DNA of 64,000 nucleotides from Pseudovirgaria hyperparasitica (Eukaryota): NCBI GenBank assembly GCA_010093815.1, contig ML996585.1. One strand, written 5' to 3'. The position numbers and the translations under genes are program-made. Under the pieces are notes generated by a model that was given only the letters and a program-made list of their open reading frames with translations, did no database searches and was not told where the DNA came from. Below are positions 27,201-40,974 of this stretch, one piece after another. Within the stretch, counting starts at the first letter, position 1; every line of letters starts with the position of its first letter.

Positions 27201-27300
27201 TTAGAGCACCCGAACTAGTGGCCTAGTGGTTATTAGTTCGGGTACTCTAACCTTTTATATTATATATCATGAGTTCAATTCCGTAGTAGGGTATCTTTTT
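27201..27300 (+). promoter_or_regulatory. Pol III type-2 promoter-like module (A box, B box, T5) overlapping a 17-bp hairpin
   Basis: TGGCCTAGTGG 27219-27229; GAGTTCAATTCC 27271-27282; TTTTT 27296-27300; inverted repeat 27201-27217 / 27234-27250. Confidence 0.5.
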
Positions 27301-27469
27301 AGTTTCTTAGTCTTATATTCTTCTCGTATATAATGGTCTATATTAGTCTATTCTAGACTTCTCTATGTTATTCTATTATAATATATCGCGTCGCGTGCCT
27401 ATAACGGTTATTTATGTTTTCTTCGCGTTTAGTAACCGTGCATCGCTTGAATTATAGGGCTGCCTTATA

Positions 27470-30400
27470 GAGTTTTCCTAGTGTACGTTTAGAATTCGTA
27501 ATTTAATACTTTATTCTCTACGGTATCCTTCTTCTTTTTACGACGGCCCTAACGGCGCTAGGTTTATAGTAGTAACGTGTTATTCTATAACCTCTATTTA
27601 TATATAGCTATCGCGGTACTTAAGATATATACCGTAGGTTCCTAGGTGTTCTTATCCTTGGTGTAGTTCTTCTAACGGATTTAATACTTTTAGATACCGT
27701 TCTCGTCGAGCCTATGTTTAATAATATAGTCTACTTCGTATACGTCTAGTCTATCTTAGGGTATAATAGAGTGTAATTATATGTTTATACGTTTATACAC
27801 GTTAGGTCGAAACCTTTTAAGTAATAAGACGTAGAATACGTTATGGACTTTTATATCGTTTCCTAGGTTAAGCTCATAGGCTCTTATACTAATGCGACGT
27901 TTAATTCGGAAGGGACCAGCCATTTTATAATCGAGCTTTTTATTTACTCGCGACGTTTATATATTATAGACGTTAAGGAGAACTTCGTCTCCCTTCTCGT
28001 ACGCTTAATCTTTAACTAATCTATTATAGTACTTTATATACGACTTATTCGCTTACTAGATTATTACGCGATAGTTACGTACGGTTTTAAAGATTTTAAT
28101 TACTAGTTCCTACGCGTAGACGTTAACATCTATCGTTTGGTCGAACTAGACCGTGTAAGGTTCGAAACCTATCCTTAGACTACGTCCTAGGTTCGCCTAG
28201 AAGGGTGTAACACCTATTATACTATAACGACTATTATTATACGCGAATTCTACTATACTTAGTAGAGAGACCTAGTTATCTTATTTAAAATTATAGAATG
28301 CACGAAGGTAGGCCTCGAGCGTTTGGTTCTATCGCTCTATCTAACTATCTATTTATAGATGGAATACTATTAACATGTTTCTATTTATACCGGCCATTTC
28401 GTAGAATAACGTCTAGAATTTAGACGTGAATATACTCCCTCGGTCCGTAACGATCCTTTTTAGTATACTATGGACCTTAATAATCTTATTCTAGAATACT
28501 TATACTAGTTCTTTTAATATAATCGTCTTCTATATAGGGACGTACCTAGACATCTTTATAAGTCTATCCACGATAATAAGAATTAAATTATAACTCATTC
28601 TAAGCATCTTACTTAGAGGTAAGTTAACTATAAAATCTATAGTAATATCTTCCTATATAAAGAGGGGGACTAGTAGAGGCTATAAGTTCCTATATAGCTT
28701 ATATCTAGATGCCTTTATTCTTTAATAAATCGGATAAGTAGCTATCTATTCTTCGACGTACTTAGGTATATCTTTCTAAAAATAGTACTAACGAATCGAG
28801 CTTAGGGTGCGTATATACCCGAAATATCCTACTAGGTTAGCGTTATGGTATCGGCTAACTACGGTAAATCGTGTATTATCTATCGGTATATAGTACTTTC
28901 TATTATAGTAGAGTAAGCCGTCTATAAAGGTCTACTTATAGTCTACTTCGGTCCGTAATAACCTATCTTACTATATTTTACATAACTTTAAAACTATTAG
29001 GTCTATCTTTTATAGATCTATAATTAACTAGGTAAGGTCTACTTAATATATACGCCGGGTACTATCGCCCTCCCTAATAGCGCTAATAAATGGCTCGCTA
29101 GGGACTTCGGTACCGCGATTTTAGTTACCGGCTTCGGTCTTATAAATTTAATTACCGGTATTAGCGTTAGTATCTCGCTAATTATCGGATAACTTATTAT
29201 CTAACCTCGTCCTTAAGAGTTAGGCCTATAGCTACTCTAGGACCCTATAGCTACTATAATCCTAGGCGCCTTCTTTATAGTTAGGTCTTCTTAATATTCT
29301 ATTAGCTAGGTTTATACTTCTAGGTCGATAGTAGATTATAAAGTAAAAGTTCGTAAGCTACTTAGCCTATTAGACCTATCGATGATTTAAAACCGTCGTG
29401 CTTATAAACCCCTTTAAGTTATAGTAATTAGTTAGTAACTTAACGTTATACATAGTACCTTTAAGATAATATCGCCACTACTTAAACGACTCTACTATTA
29501 CTAGTAGCTCTTAGTTATAAATAGTATATCTAGTCTCGATGTCGGCTATCTTACGCGAGAAGAACGTAACTAGATACTATTAGACCTTTTTAGACTCTAT
29601 TAGTCTAGGCTAGGAGAGTATACCCGAGATTATAAATTCTAATATATTAGTTTCGACGCGAATAGATTTAGTTAGATCGAAGTACACTAGTAATAGGGCG
29701 GTTATAAATGCTTCTTTAATCTTCTCGAAGGATGTTCTTTTAACCTTAGTTAATTTAATAGGTTATAATTTAATATTACGCTATTTCTATCCACCACGGA
29801 CCGTAATAGACGAGTCGGTAGTAGTAGTACACGCATTAAGTAGTACGGCTAAACGGGAGAAGTATTTAATAAATTTTCGGTAGTAGTTAGCGAAGCTAAT
29901 AAAGACATGTATATCTTGAACGGATTTTAGTTTAGGCTAGTCTATAATAGTAGTAACTCTATCTCTCTCTATGGTTATACCTTAATTAGTAATAATAAAG
30001 CTAAGAAAGTTAATATGGTCCTAATGGAACTCGCATTTAGATAGCTTAATATATAGCTTATACTTTTCTAGCCTATCTAGGACTATACGTACGTGCTAGA
30101 TATACTCCTCCTCGTTATCTAAGAAGATAAGGATATTATCTAGGTACACGATATATATCGTATCGAGTAGACCTACTAGCGCGTTATTAATATACGCTTA
30201 GAAGGTACCTAGCGTGTTAGTTAGTCTAAAAGAGACCACGGTATACTTAAAGTATCTATAACGGGTTCTAAAAGCCGTTTTCTATTTATCGCCTTCCTTA
30301 ATGTAAAGGCGATAGTAGGCGTTACGTAGATTAAGCTTAGTAAAGATCTTTACGCGTCCTAGTCTATTAATAGACTCGGAGATAAGAGGTAGTAGGTAAC

Positions 30401-32630
30401 GATTCTTTCGCGTAATATTATTTAGGCTATAGTAGTCGATATATAGACGGAGACTCCTATCCTTCTTCTTTATAAAGAGGATTAAAGCTCCGGCTAGAGA
30501 TATACTAGGCCTAATCTATCCTCGCGTAAGGTTCTTTTCGATATATTCTCGAAGGGCTTATAACTTAGATTCTAAAAGAGGGTAGATGGGTCTATATAGA
30601 GGTTGCTAGCCGTCTTTAAGATTAATAGTAAGGTCGGTAGATTAGTATTAAGGTAGTTTGGAGAAATCGATCGCTAACGCGATACGTTAGTATATTTTAT
30701 ACTAATATAGTAGGTTTTTATCTACTTTAATACTAAGCTCGCTATTTTATATAAGTAAGAGTATATAGATAGTAGAGATCGCCCTCTTATAATCTTTCTA
30801 GAATTATTCGTCGTCGATAAGCTATACTAGTTCCTATTAAGGTAGGTTTATACGCTAGCTAGCTATCTTCTTAAGGAAGTCTAGTTTTAGATTATATTTC
30901 TTAAGCTACGGTATACCTAGGATTATATTAAAGGGACTATCTACCACGATAAAGGTTAAGTAGTAGAGTTTCTATTTCCCTCCGCTATCCTAGATACCGT
31001 ATTTAATAGTATAGGTGCCGTATAACTTAATAGGACCGTTAATGCCATGGAACATGGCACCTATTAGAGCTTAGATGTCGGTATTAAGTTCTCGTGCTCG
31101 TTAGGTCGATATAACGTTAGTGGCTAACCTACTATCGAGTATTATAGTCTAATATTATCCACGAGGGACCTCGATAGGTCTAGTCTATAGTTTAATATAC
31201 TATTTAGCGGATTACCCCTCTATTATAGTCGCGTCTATAAGTTACGAGGGTTTCTTATAGACTATTAGTTTTTTATATTCTATGCTAGGTAGTTAGGCGT
31301 AATATGTCCTAGCTACTAGTACTTATAGTATATAACTAGTTAGTTAGTTATATTAGTACTTAGTAGCTTCCCTAAACGGTACTTAAGTACTATATAGTCT
31401 ATTCTACTATAGGTATAGTAAGTGACTTTAGGTTATTTATGTGAGTCGGTCCTTATATCTTAATATATTAATTAGTAGGGAGATCCACGATACGATCCGC
31501 GTGGTTTTGAATTTAAGGTATAGTAGTAGCCTCGTGACGTCCCGCGAGATCTATTACTAAATCGGTTTTAGTTAGACGATTTTACGTTAGATTAGATCGT
31601 TAGGGATAGTCGTATACTAGCGCGGCGTTAATTATTTATTATACGCTAGTATCGCTCCGCGAGGTTTATAAGAGCTTAGAGGTCTATAGAGATTATTATT
31701 ATAAGGTCGAGACGGTCCTTTATATTTAGGGCGAGGGACCGTTTAAAGTCGTTATACTATCGAATTATATAATCTTCTTCGGCTTCTCTCTAGAGGGGCC
31801 GAAGGTATTTAAGGAGTTATAACAGTAACTAATTATCTCGTTATCGAGTCTCAAAGATATAGCCCTAGACCTAGTCGCGTCATTCAGCCCTATTACTAAA
31901 ATATTAGAGAAGAAATTCGGTAAACGTGTCCTAGTTATAGGTATCCTTAGGATGTTCGATTTAGTATACTATCTAACGTTCTAAAGGCGTTAGGTCGAGA
32001 TAGTTCTAGGCGAATCTAATTTTATTACTATCGTTCGTAAATAGATAGAAGAATCAGCTATATTAGTAAGCCTATACGTAGAAACTCTTTCTACTTTTAC
32101 TATCGAAGTAAGGTAGTTTCTTAGATCGAGGTAATTAGAATAGTAGTAGACTAGAATGGATTATTTTAGTTAGTATGGGTCTATATAAATATAGATTGGT
32201 TATTACTAGAACTAAAGCGCGTAATATAGCTTTAAGTCTTATAGTACGTCCTTAAGCTTCGTCGAGTTCGTGTAGTTATTACTTAAGTTAAACCTATCGT
32301 TACCTCTCTTCGTGTAGTCTAGTATATACGTTATTATAAGATATAGTTAACGTTAGGCGATTCTAACGGATTAACTCGTTAACGTTAATAAGGTCTAGCC
32401 TTGTATTAAGGTTAGGTCTAGTATAGTTTGAACTAGACTAAGATAGAGTATAATAGACTCTATCCTTGTATTCTATAATATCTTCTATAGTTATACGGAA
32501 TGTCGTACGAGTTATCGGTGCGATAGCCTATAAGATATAGTTATTAGTAGGGGTAGTTATAGGTAGACTATTCTCCTCGTTTAGGTTAGAAGAAGGTCTA
32601 CTATAAGAGGCGGTGCGACGGGTGTTATGA
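27470..32630 (-). pseudogene. C2 gag-pol (PR-RT-RH-IN-chromodomain), RIP-inactivated
   Basis: YLD(D) ~30135-30146; integrase ~28100-28650; chromodomain YEVD.IIKHR...IR(W)KNY....T(W)EP ~27620-27745. Confidence 0.92.
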
Positions 32631-32688
32631 CGAGTAGTTAGAGCTATTTCTATAAACTACCGTCGTACTATATAAAGAGGAATTAAAA

Positions 32689-32928
32689 TATAAGGATTAT
32701 AGACGTAGGATAGTAGTCTAATAGGTTATAGGAGGATTTGGGAATATATTTAAAAGGGTATTCTACTCTCTTAATAAGGTTAATTTCTAAAGAGTAGGAA
32801 TTAAGTGTGTGCGGCCTACTTATATAGTGGTCTCGCTTATTCTAGCTGGCTTACCCTAGGTCCACCTGTCACGGACCGTACTAGACCATAGTATTCTAGT
32901 TGAGTCTATCCTAGTGTCAGCCCTAACA
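32689..32928 (-). repeat. 5' LTR of C2 (retains the TG start; CA on + at 32927-32928)
   Basis: Direct repeat of 24918-25157. Confidence 0.94.
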
Positions 32929-35772
32929 CTTCTTTAGATTAGGGCCTATACCTTTTCTATTAGTATATATAATAAATCTAAGGTACTTAATCTTTTTATA
33001 AGTAAACTTACTTTTTCTAGAGTCTAGATAGAGGCCTCCGTCCTAGAGCTTCTAAAGAATAATATATACTTTACTAAAGTAGTCTTTCTTTAATCTATTT
33101 AAGTAGATAATTATATTATCTATATAGACTAAAGTAAAGTTATCTAGCTATTCTTATAGTAAGGAGTTAATATACTATTAAAAGGTTACTAGAGCCCCTA
33201 ATAATCTAAATAGATATACTATCTATTTAAATAACTCTAACTATATTCTAAACGCTATCTTATATTCGTAGCTAGGGGCTATATAAATCTAGTAGAAGGT
33301 AGTAACTACGTCTATCTTAGTTAACTACTTAGTATCTATTAGATTTTAGAGAGTCTCTAGTATTAGTAGTAAGAGGTACTAGTTAGGCTTAGTAATAGTA
33401 TTGAAGATATAGTAATTATAGTAGAACTAGAGTTCTCTACTAGGCTTTCTTATAAATAATATAGGGGCTATAGCTTCTAATATAGTATACTAAATAAGTT
33501 CTTTCGCTAGAAGATCTCTTAGAAGTTTTACTAGTATAAGAAGCTTATCTTTTACTATACTAAATAGCTATCTCTATAGTAAGTCTATTAGTATTCTATC
33601 TACTTTCTTATATATCTTAATTTTATAATTAATATCTAGTTAGTACGGTACGAGTTTATCTACTTCCCTCTTAGAAAATAGTAGAGCTATATTCTAGAGC
33701 TATAGGGGTAGTATCTTCTATATCTATTCTAGTAATAGCTCTTTCTTCTTCTCTAGTACCTTATAGATATTCTCTATAGATATTATATTTACTATAAGAG
33801 CCTCTTTAGAGTTCTTATATTCTTTTATAGAGTCTATCTATTCTTTAGTAGTCCCTAGCTTATAATAGTTAAGATCTTTATCTATCTATTACTTTACTTA
33901 ACTATAGTAGTACTATTACTTATTAGGCGCGGTCCTTATCTTATTATACGCTTTCTAAGGGTTTCTAAGAATAAGTAGAAAGACTAAGTTAGATACTATA
34001 TAAGTATAGATATCTTATCTATAATTATCTATCTCTATATAAAATATAATAACTCCCTAAATTTCGGAGTTATTTATAGTATCTATTACTCCCTTAATTA
34101 TATACTTTATATAATTTATATAGGGAAGTTCTAGACCTTCTATTAGATCTTCTTAAATTATAGTATAGTACTAGTAGCCTTTATTAATAAGCGTAAAAGT
34201 CCTAATAGCTTTTTAGAGAACTATATCTATATATATAAGGTTTCTATCTATTATACTTCGGAACTTAGCCTATCTATCTACTAGTATATTCTCTACTCTC
34301 TACTCTTAACTTTAAGAGGGAGTTATATATTTTCTAAGTACTTATTACTAGAATCTATAAGATTATCTTTAATCTCTAATAGAGGTATAATTTTAACTTA
34401 ATTAATCTTTATAATTCTTTTAGAGGTTAAGAAGGGGTTAGTATATAGGTAGCCTTTAATCTAGTATCCCGATACCCTATAACGGAAGTAGAGCCCTTCT
34501 TTCTAGTATCTATCTCTTTCTACTTAGTTAATCTACTTTACCTTTAGTATCTTCTCTATCTTATAGCGAGATCTAGATTCTTTCTTCTAGTCTCCGCTTA
34601 TATATATAGGGCCTATAATAGTATCTCTATTCTTATTCTTTTTAGCTATAGTATAATACTTATATAATCTTATAGCTACCGTGCTTTTTATTATAGTAAC
34701 TATATCCTTTTTCTACTTCTTATTAGCTATCTTAAACTACTTAGTATCTTCTAAGTTTATTATAATTCTCCTAATCTCTTCCGCGAAGCTATAATAGTCT
34801 ATAATTCTTAGTATAGAGGCTATATACGTGCGAGCGAGGTTTAAGAAGATATTTTAGAGATAGCTAATTTTTATACTATCTTTCTAGTTATCTCCACTAG
34901 CACTTAGTAGAAGTCTATTAAATTTAAGTTAGTATTTATACTAAGATTAGCTATTTATATATTTAAGTAACAAAAGCTTTTCTAAGGCCTTAGCCTTCTT
35001 ATTACTATCTATAAATATATACTTAAGTTATATAAAGAAGGCTTTAGAGTCCTTATCTTTTATAGAGTCTCCCCTTTTCTAGAAGTATTATATTTAGTTT
35101 CTCTTATATACTAGTAGGGTATTATAGATAATATTCTAGTAGTAATCTAGAGATAGCTTTAGCTTAAGCGCGGATTATATCTTATAGAAGCTATATAACT
35201 ATAATAGATAGTCTTAGAAGGTAGCTACTTTACTATCCTAGGAGGGCGGTTTCTAGTCCCTAGGTCCCGATAGTTTCTAGTTAATTTATAGAGTTAAGAT
35301 TATCTTTTTAAGTAGAGACTTTAGTAGTTTATTTATAGTAAGACTTCATTAATTCTAGAAGACTTAGTTCCTTATAGTAAGAATCTCTTATTTAAGGGCT
35401 TACTAGCGTTATAGTAGGTTAAAGATTACCTCTTTAGCACTTTATAACTCTATATTTAGACTTAGATCTTAGTCTAGCTTACCCCTAGTATTACTCTATA
35501 TATTATCTCTAAAGTCTATAGTAAAGTACTTAGAGAGTAAAATAGAATTAAACTTAATATTATAGAAATATAATATATATATAGACGTAAGAGTATTTAT
35601 AGAATATAGTAAGTTTAATAAGGGAGGAAGCCGAAGTCTACTTAGCTTTCTTAAGATATAGAATAGAGTATACTATTAAAAAGAGACTTACTTAGCTTTA
35701 TTAAGTAAGGAGAGAGTAGTAGCGTAGGCGTAGTACGCTAGCGTTAAGTATACCTAGAGTCTACCCTTAATA
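32929..35772 (-). mobile_element. Gypsy chromovirus family B, copy B1 (5' LTR, gag, PR, RT; 3' half missing)
   Basis: Reverse complement of B2 without its insertions; supplies the empty sites for A2 and L2. Confidence 0.92.
35558..35772 (-). repeat. 5' LTR of B1 (~215 bp)
   Basis: Reverse complement of 38876-39090. The inner boundary is inferred from the PBS position. Confidence 0.8.
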
Positions 35773-38700
35773 GTAAGATATATATAGATATCTCTATCTT
35801 AACTAAGTCTTATACTTATATATATTAGAGTAAATATATAATCTTCTATAGCTAACTTGTACTAGTAATAGATTATAATTAGAACTAGTATAAGTATTTA
35901 TAGCTAGAGAATAGTATACTATAAAACGGTTACTCTCTAGTATACTACTAGTTAAATAGTAGTAGTAAAGGTTAGTATAGTAATTCTACTATATATACTA
36001 ATAGTTATTATATATATACTTATATAGATATCTATCTTTTAAGGTACTATAATATCTATTCTAAGAAGGAGACCTATCTATAGATAGTTAAGAATATATA
36101 CTTTATATATTACTTTTATAGTTATAGTAGTTAAACTATTAGACGTTCGGCCTAGAAGGAATAGTATAATAACTATAAATTTAGTTAACTTTATAGACTT
36201 AACTCCCTCTACTCCCTAAATAGAAATAGCTAGTTAGATAAGTATTTAGATATTAGAGTTCTACTATTTAAGAAAAGCTTAATTAATTAGTATTACTATA
36301 CTTTCTATATCTAGATAGATATATTTAATAGAGTCGTTAAGGCTAAGTAAGACCTTAACTTAGATATAGTATAATCCTTTATATACTCGGCTAGTACCTA
36401 GTAGACTATTAACTAATAATATTACTATATTACCCTAGATATTATAATATATAATATCTAATTCTAGAACTATATAATTATATAGAGGAACTTTAGCCTT
36501 TACTATTATCTTAAGATACTTTCTATTCTTAAGGTACTTAAATAGCTTATTTTATAATAGAAATACCTTATTATAAATATTATATTAGATCTAGTATACT
36601 AGATATATATTAGTTACTTAGTACGCTATAAATTATAAAGGTAGACTCTTATTAATATTACTAGATAGTAGGTTAAGGCTAGTAAGGCCGGTTTTATTAC
36701 TAAACTATACTAGTTTAATAGTATCTATATTAGTTAGTCTAAGGTAGAAGAAAGCTTCTTTAATCTCTATATAGTAAGTATCTTTAATATCTAGGTTATA
36801 TAATTCTTTATAAATATTATAGGCTTAGTAGAATAGTTATAGTAGTTAGATAAACTATCTATTATTACTAAGAGACTAAGACTAGCTAGTATAGGGCTTA
36901 TTAGTTATTCTAGAACTAGTAGAATAACCTATAGAAGCGCTAGTTATAGCTAGTAGCTAATATATATTAGCTAATACCTTTTAACTATATTTATCTAAAT
37001 CTTCTAATTCTTACTAGAACTACTATAGAGGGTAGAGCTAGTATAAGTTATAATATTAATTAGATTAATTAGTTATAAGATAATAGCTATTAGACTAGCT
37101 CTAGTCTTAAGAGTTACTAACTAGTTAAGGTAAGTTATAGTAATAAGAGCTATTATATTAACTATCTTCTCTTCCTTATTAAGTAAATTAACTTCAAGTA
37201 CTATACTATATACTACTAAGATAATAGTAGATAAGTTAGTACTATTCTTCGCGTTTTACTTATAGAGTTTATATAAATTATACTAGAGATATAGATTCTA
37301 TTAGTAGAGGTAGACTCTAGTAAAGAAGAATATTAATACTATTCTATATAAATATCTAAGCGTTTTAGCTAGAAGGGTCTAATAGTTATATAGTACTATA
37401 GTTATAAGCTATAGTATATATATATAAAGTAATATTAGCTTAGGAGCGGGTCTATTAGAGAGTATATCTTTATATTATAAGAGATAATAGAGTATTAGAT
37501 AATAGCTACTTAAACTACTTAATTAAGACTATAGTCTAGGTATCTAAACTAGATAAGTAATAGAGTACTTTCTTCTTAAGATTAGATAATTCTAATATAA
37601 ACTACTTAAGAGTATATTCTTATAGATACTAGAAGATTTTTAACTGAATAGTTTTAGTTCCTCTAGCTATAGTAGTGTCTNNNNNNNNNNNNNNNNNNNN
37701 NNNNNNNNNNNNNNNNNNNNNNNNNNNNNNNNNNNNNNNNNNNNNNNNNNNNNNNNNNNNNNNNNNNNNNNNNNNNNNNNNNNNNNNNNNNNNNNNNNNN
37801 NNNNNNNNNNNNNNNNNNNNNNNNNNNNNNNNNNNNNNNNNNNNNNNNNNNNNNNNNNNNNNNNNNNNNNNNNNNNNNNNNNNNNNNNNNNNNNNNNNNN
37901 NNNNNNNNNNNNNNNNNNNNNNNNNNNNNNNNNNNNNNNNNNNNNNNNNNNNNNNNNNNNNNNNNNNNNNNNNNNNNNNNNNNNNNNNNNNNNNNNNNNN
38001 NNNNNNNNNNNNNNNNNNNNNNNNNNNNNNNNNNNNNNNNNNNNNNNNNNNNNNNNNNNNNNNNNNNNNNNNNNNNNNNNNNNNNNNNNNNNNNNNNNNN
38101 NNNNNNNNNNNNNNNNNNNNNNNNNNNNNNNNNNNNNNNNNNNNNNNNNNNNNNNNNNNNNNNNNNNNNNNNNNNNNNNNNNNNNNNNNNNNNNNNNNNN
38201 NNNNNNNNNNNNNNNNNNNNNNNNNNNNNNNNNNNNNNNNNNNNNNNNNNNNNNNNNNNNNNNNNNNNNNNNNNNNNNNNNNNNNNNNNNNNNNNNNNNN
38301 NNNNNNNNNNNNNNNNNNNNNNNNNNNNNNNNNNNNNNNNNNNNNNNNNNNNNNNNNNNNNNNNNNNNNNNNNNNNNNNNNNNNNNNNNNNNNNNNNNNN
38401 NNNNNNNNNNNNNNNNNNNNNNNNNNNNNNNNNNNTTTTAAGCTAAATAGTAAAATATAGAAATAATAGAGTTATAGATATCTAGTTTAATCTATATATA
38501 GTCTTATAACTAGTAAATAGAGTATTCTTAAGCTCTAGAGAGTTAAGTTTATAATAATATAATAAGTATATTCTACTTATACTATATACTAGAAGAAGAA
38601 TATTTTACTAGTCTATTATAAAGTAGTTAGTATAGATAGTATAGTAGAGAGAAGGTTACTTAAACTAGTAATTATTCTAGTATTATTATATTAACTAAGA

Positions 38701-38875
38701 TAGTCTAGTAAAGAGGACTTAGTATTTAAAGTATATAAACTAGTAGATACTAAGTTTTAGCTACTACTTTATTAAGATTATTAATAAGTTAAGTTAAATT
38801 AGTTATAAAGTATACTATTTTCTATCTATATATCCGGTCGGTTATATTTATATATCTAACCGGTTCGTTACTATC
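35773..38875 (-). mobile_element. Family D, copy D2 fragment (protease, gag region, end of 5' LTR at 38800-38875)
   Basis: 36438-38875 matches 9986-12489. The de-RIPped minus frame at ~36020-36330 gives a protease-like (C)LD(TG)S.V.LI(DR)AFL ... LLL(GM)DI motif set. Confidence 0.82.
37681..38434. other. Assembly gap (754 N) within D2
   Basis: N run. The flanks map to 11228 and 12048 in D1, so ~819 bp is expected. Confidence 0.99.
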
Positions 38876-39090
38876 TATTAAGGGTAGACCCTAGGTATAC
38901 TTAACGCTAGTATACTACGCCCGCGCTACTACTCTCTCCTTACTTAACGAAGCTAAGCGAGCCCCTTTTTAATAGTATACTCTATCTCTTATCTTAAGAA
39001 AGCTAAGTAGACTCTAGCTTTCTCTCTTATTAAACTTACTATATTCTATAAATACTCTTATATCTATATATATATTATATTCCCGTAATA
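38876..39090 (+). repeat. 5' LTR of B2 (~215 bp)
   Basis: Homologous to 35558-35772; followed by a PBS complementary to 39029-39038. Confidence 0.8.
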
Positions 39091-40746
39091 TTAAGTTTAA
39101 TTCTATTTTACTCTCTAAGTACTTTACTATAGACTTTAGAGATAACATATAGGGTAACACTAGGGGCGAGCTAGGCTAAGACCTAGGTCTAAATATAGGG
39201 TTATAAAGTACTAAAGAGGTAATCTTTAATCTACTATAACGCTAGTAAGCCCTTAAACGAGAGATTCTTACTATAAAAACTAAGCCTTCTAGAATTAATC
39301 GAGCCCCGCTATAAATAAACTACTAAAGTCTCTACTTAAAAAGATAACCTTAACTCTATAAACCGACTAGGAACTATTAGAACCTAGGGACTAGAAACCG
39401 CCCTTCTAGGATAGTAAAGTAGCTACCTTCCGAGACTATCTATTATAGTTATATAGCTTCTATAAGATATAATCCGCGCTTAAGCTAAAGCTATCTCTAG
39501 ATTACTACTAGAATATTATCTATAATACCCTACTAGTATATAAGAGAAACTAAATATAATACTTCTAGAAAAGGGGAGACTCTATAAAAGATAAGGACTC
39601 TAAAGCCTTCTTTATATAACTTAAGTATATATTTATAGATAGTAATAAGAAGGCTAAGGCCTTAGAAAAGCTTTCATTACTTAAATATATAAATAGCTAA
39701 CCTTAGTATAAATACTAACTTAAATTTAATAGACTTCTACTAAGCACTAGCAGAGATAACTAGAAAGATAGTATAAAAATTAGCTATCTCTAAAATACCT
39801 TCTTAAACCCCACTCACACATATATAGCCTCTATACTAAGAATTATAGACTACTATAGCTTCGCGGAAGAGATTAAGAGAATTATAATAAACTTAGAAGA
39901 TACTAAGTAGTTTAAGATAGCTAATAAGAAGTAGAAAAAGGATATAGTTACTATAATAAAAAGCACGGTAGCTATAAGATTATATAAGTATTATACTATA
40001 GCTAAAAAGAATAAGAATAGAGATACTATTATAGGCCCTATATATATAAGCGGAGACTAGAAGAAAGAATCTAGATCTCGCTATAAGATAGAGAAGATAC
40101 TAAAGGTAAAGTAGATTAACTAAGTAGAAAGAGATAGATACTAGAAAGAAGGGCTCTACTTCCGTTATAGGGTATCGGGATACTAGATTAAAGGCTACCT
40201 ATATACTAACCCCTTCTTAACCTCTAAAAGAATTATAAAGATTAATTAAGTTAAAATTATACCTCTATTAGAGATTAAAGATAATCTTATAGATTCTAGT
40301 AATAAGTACTTAGAAAATATATAACTCCCTCTTAAAGTTAAGAGTAGAGAGTAGAGAATATACTAGTAGATAGATAGACCAAGTTCCGAAGTATAATAGA
40401 TAGAAACCTTATATATATAGATATAGTTCTCTAAAAAGCTATTAGAACTTTTACGCTTATTAATAAAGGCTACTAGTACTATACTATAATTTAAGAAGAT
40501 CTAATAGAAGGTCTAGAACTCCCCTATATAAATTATATAAAGTATATAATTAAGGGAGTAATAGATACTATAAATAACTCCGAAATTTAGGGAGTTATTA
40601 TATTTTATATAGAGATAGATAATTATAGATAAGATATCTACGCCTATATAGTACCTAACTTAGCCTTTCTACTTATTCTTAGAAACCCTTAGAAAGTATA
40701 TAATAAGATATAGACCGCGCTCGATAAGCGACGGTACTACTACGGC

Positions 40747-40974
40747 TATTAGGACTTAGCCTTAGGTATAACCCGATCCGTACGTACCTTAGCTAACAGG
40801 GTTAGAAGGTGGCGGGAAGGGCGGTAAATAGTTACGTGCTAGATAGATCGGCGTCCCTTTATATATATACTCTTAGATTTCTACTAAAAGGGTTTAGTAG
40901 TAATTCGTTCTAGGATAGAATATACTATATTATTCTATCTAACTATACTACTATCTAATAACCCTATTCTTATA
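40747..40974 (+). repeat. 5' LTR of A2
   Basis: Direct repeat of 48347-48574. Confidence 0.95.

Larger units (their letters stand above)
24918..32928 (-). mobile_element. Gypsy chromovirus family C, copy C2, full length but with mismatched flanks
   Basis: 240-bp LTRs 32689-32928 and 24918-25157; PPT at ~25162-25174; flanks GTAGT vs CTTCT. Confidence 0.94.

Noticed and set aside
27201..27300. Functional tRNA gene
   Set aside because: The acceptor and T stems do not pair properly. Kept only as a Pol III promoter-like module.
37675..38460. 261-aa track ORF
   Set aside because: Artefact of the N gap.
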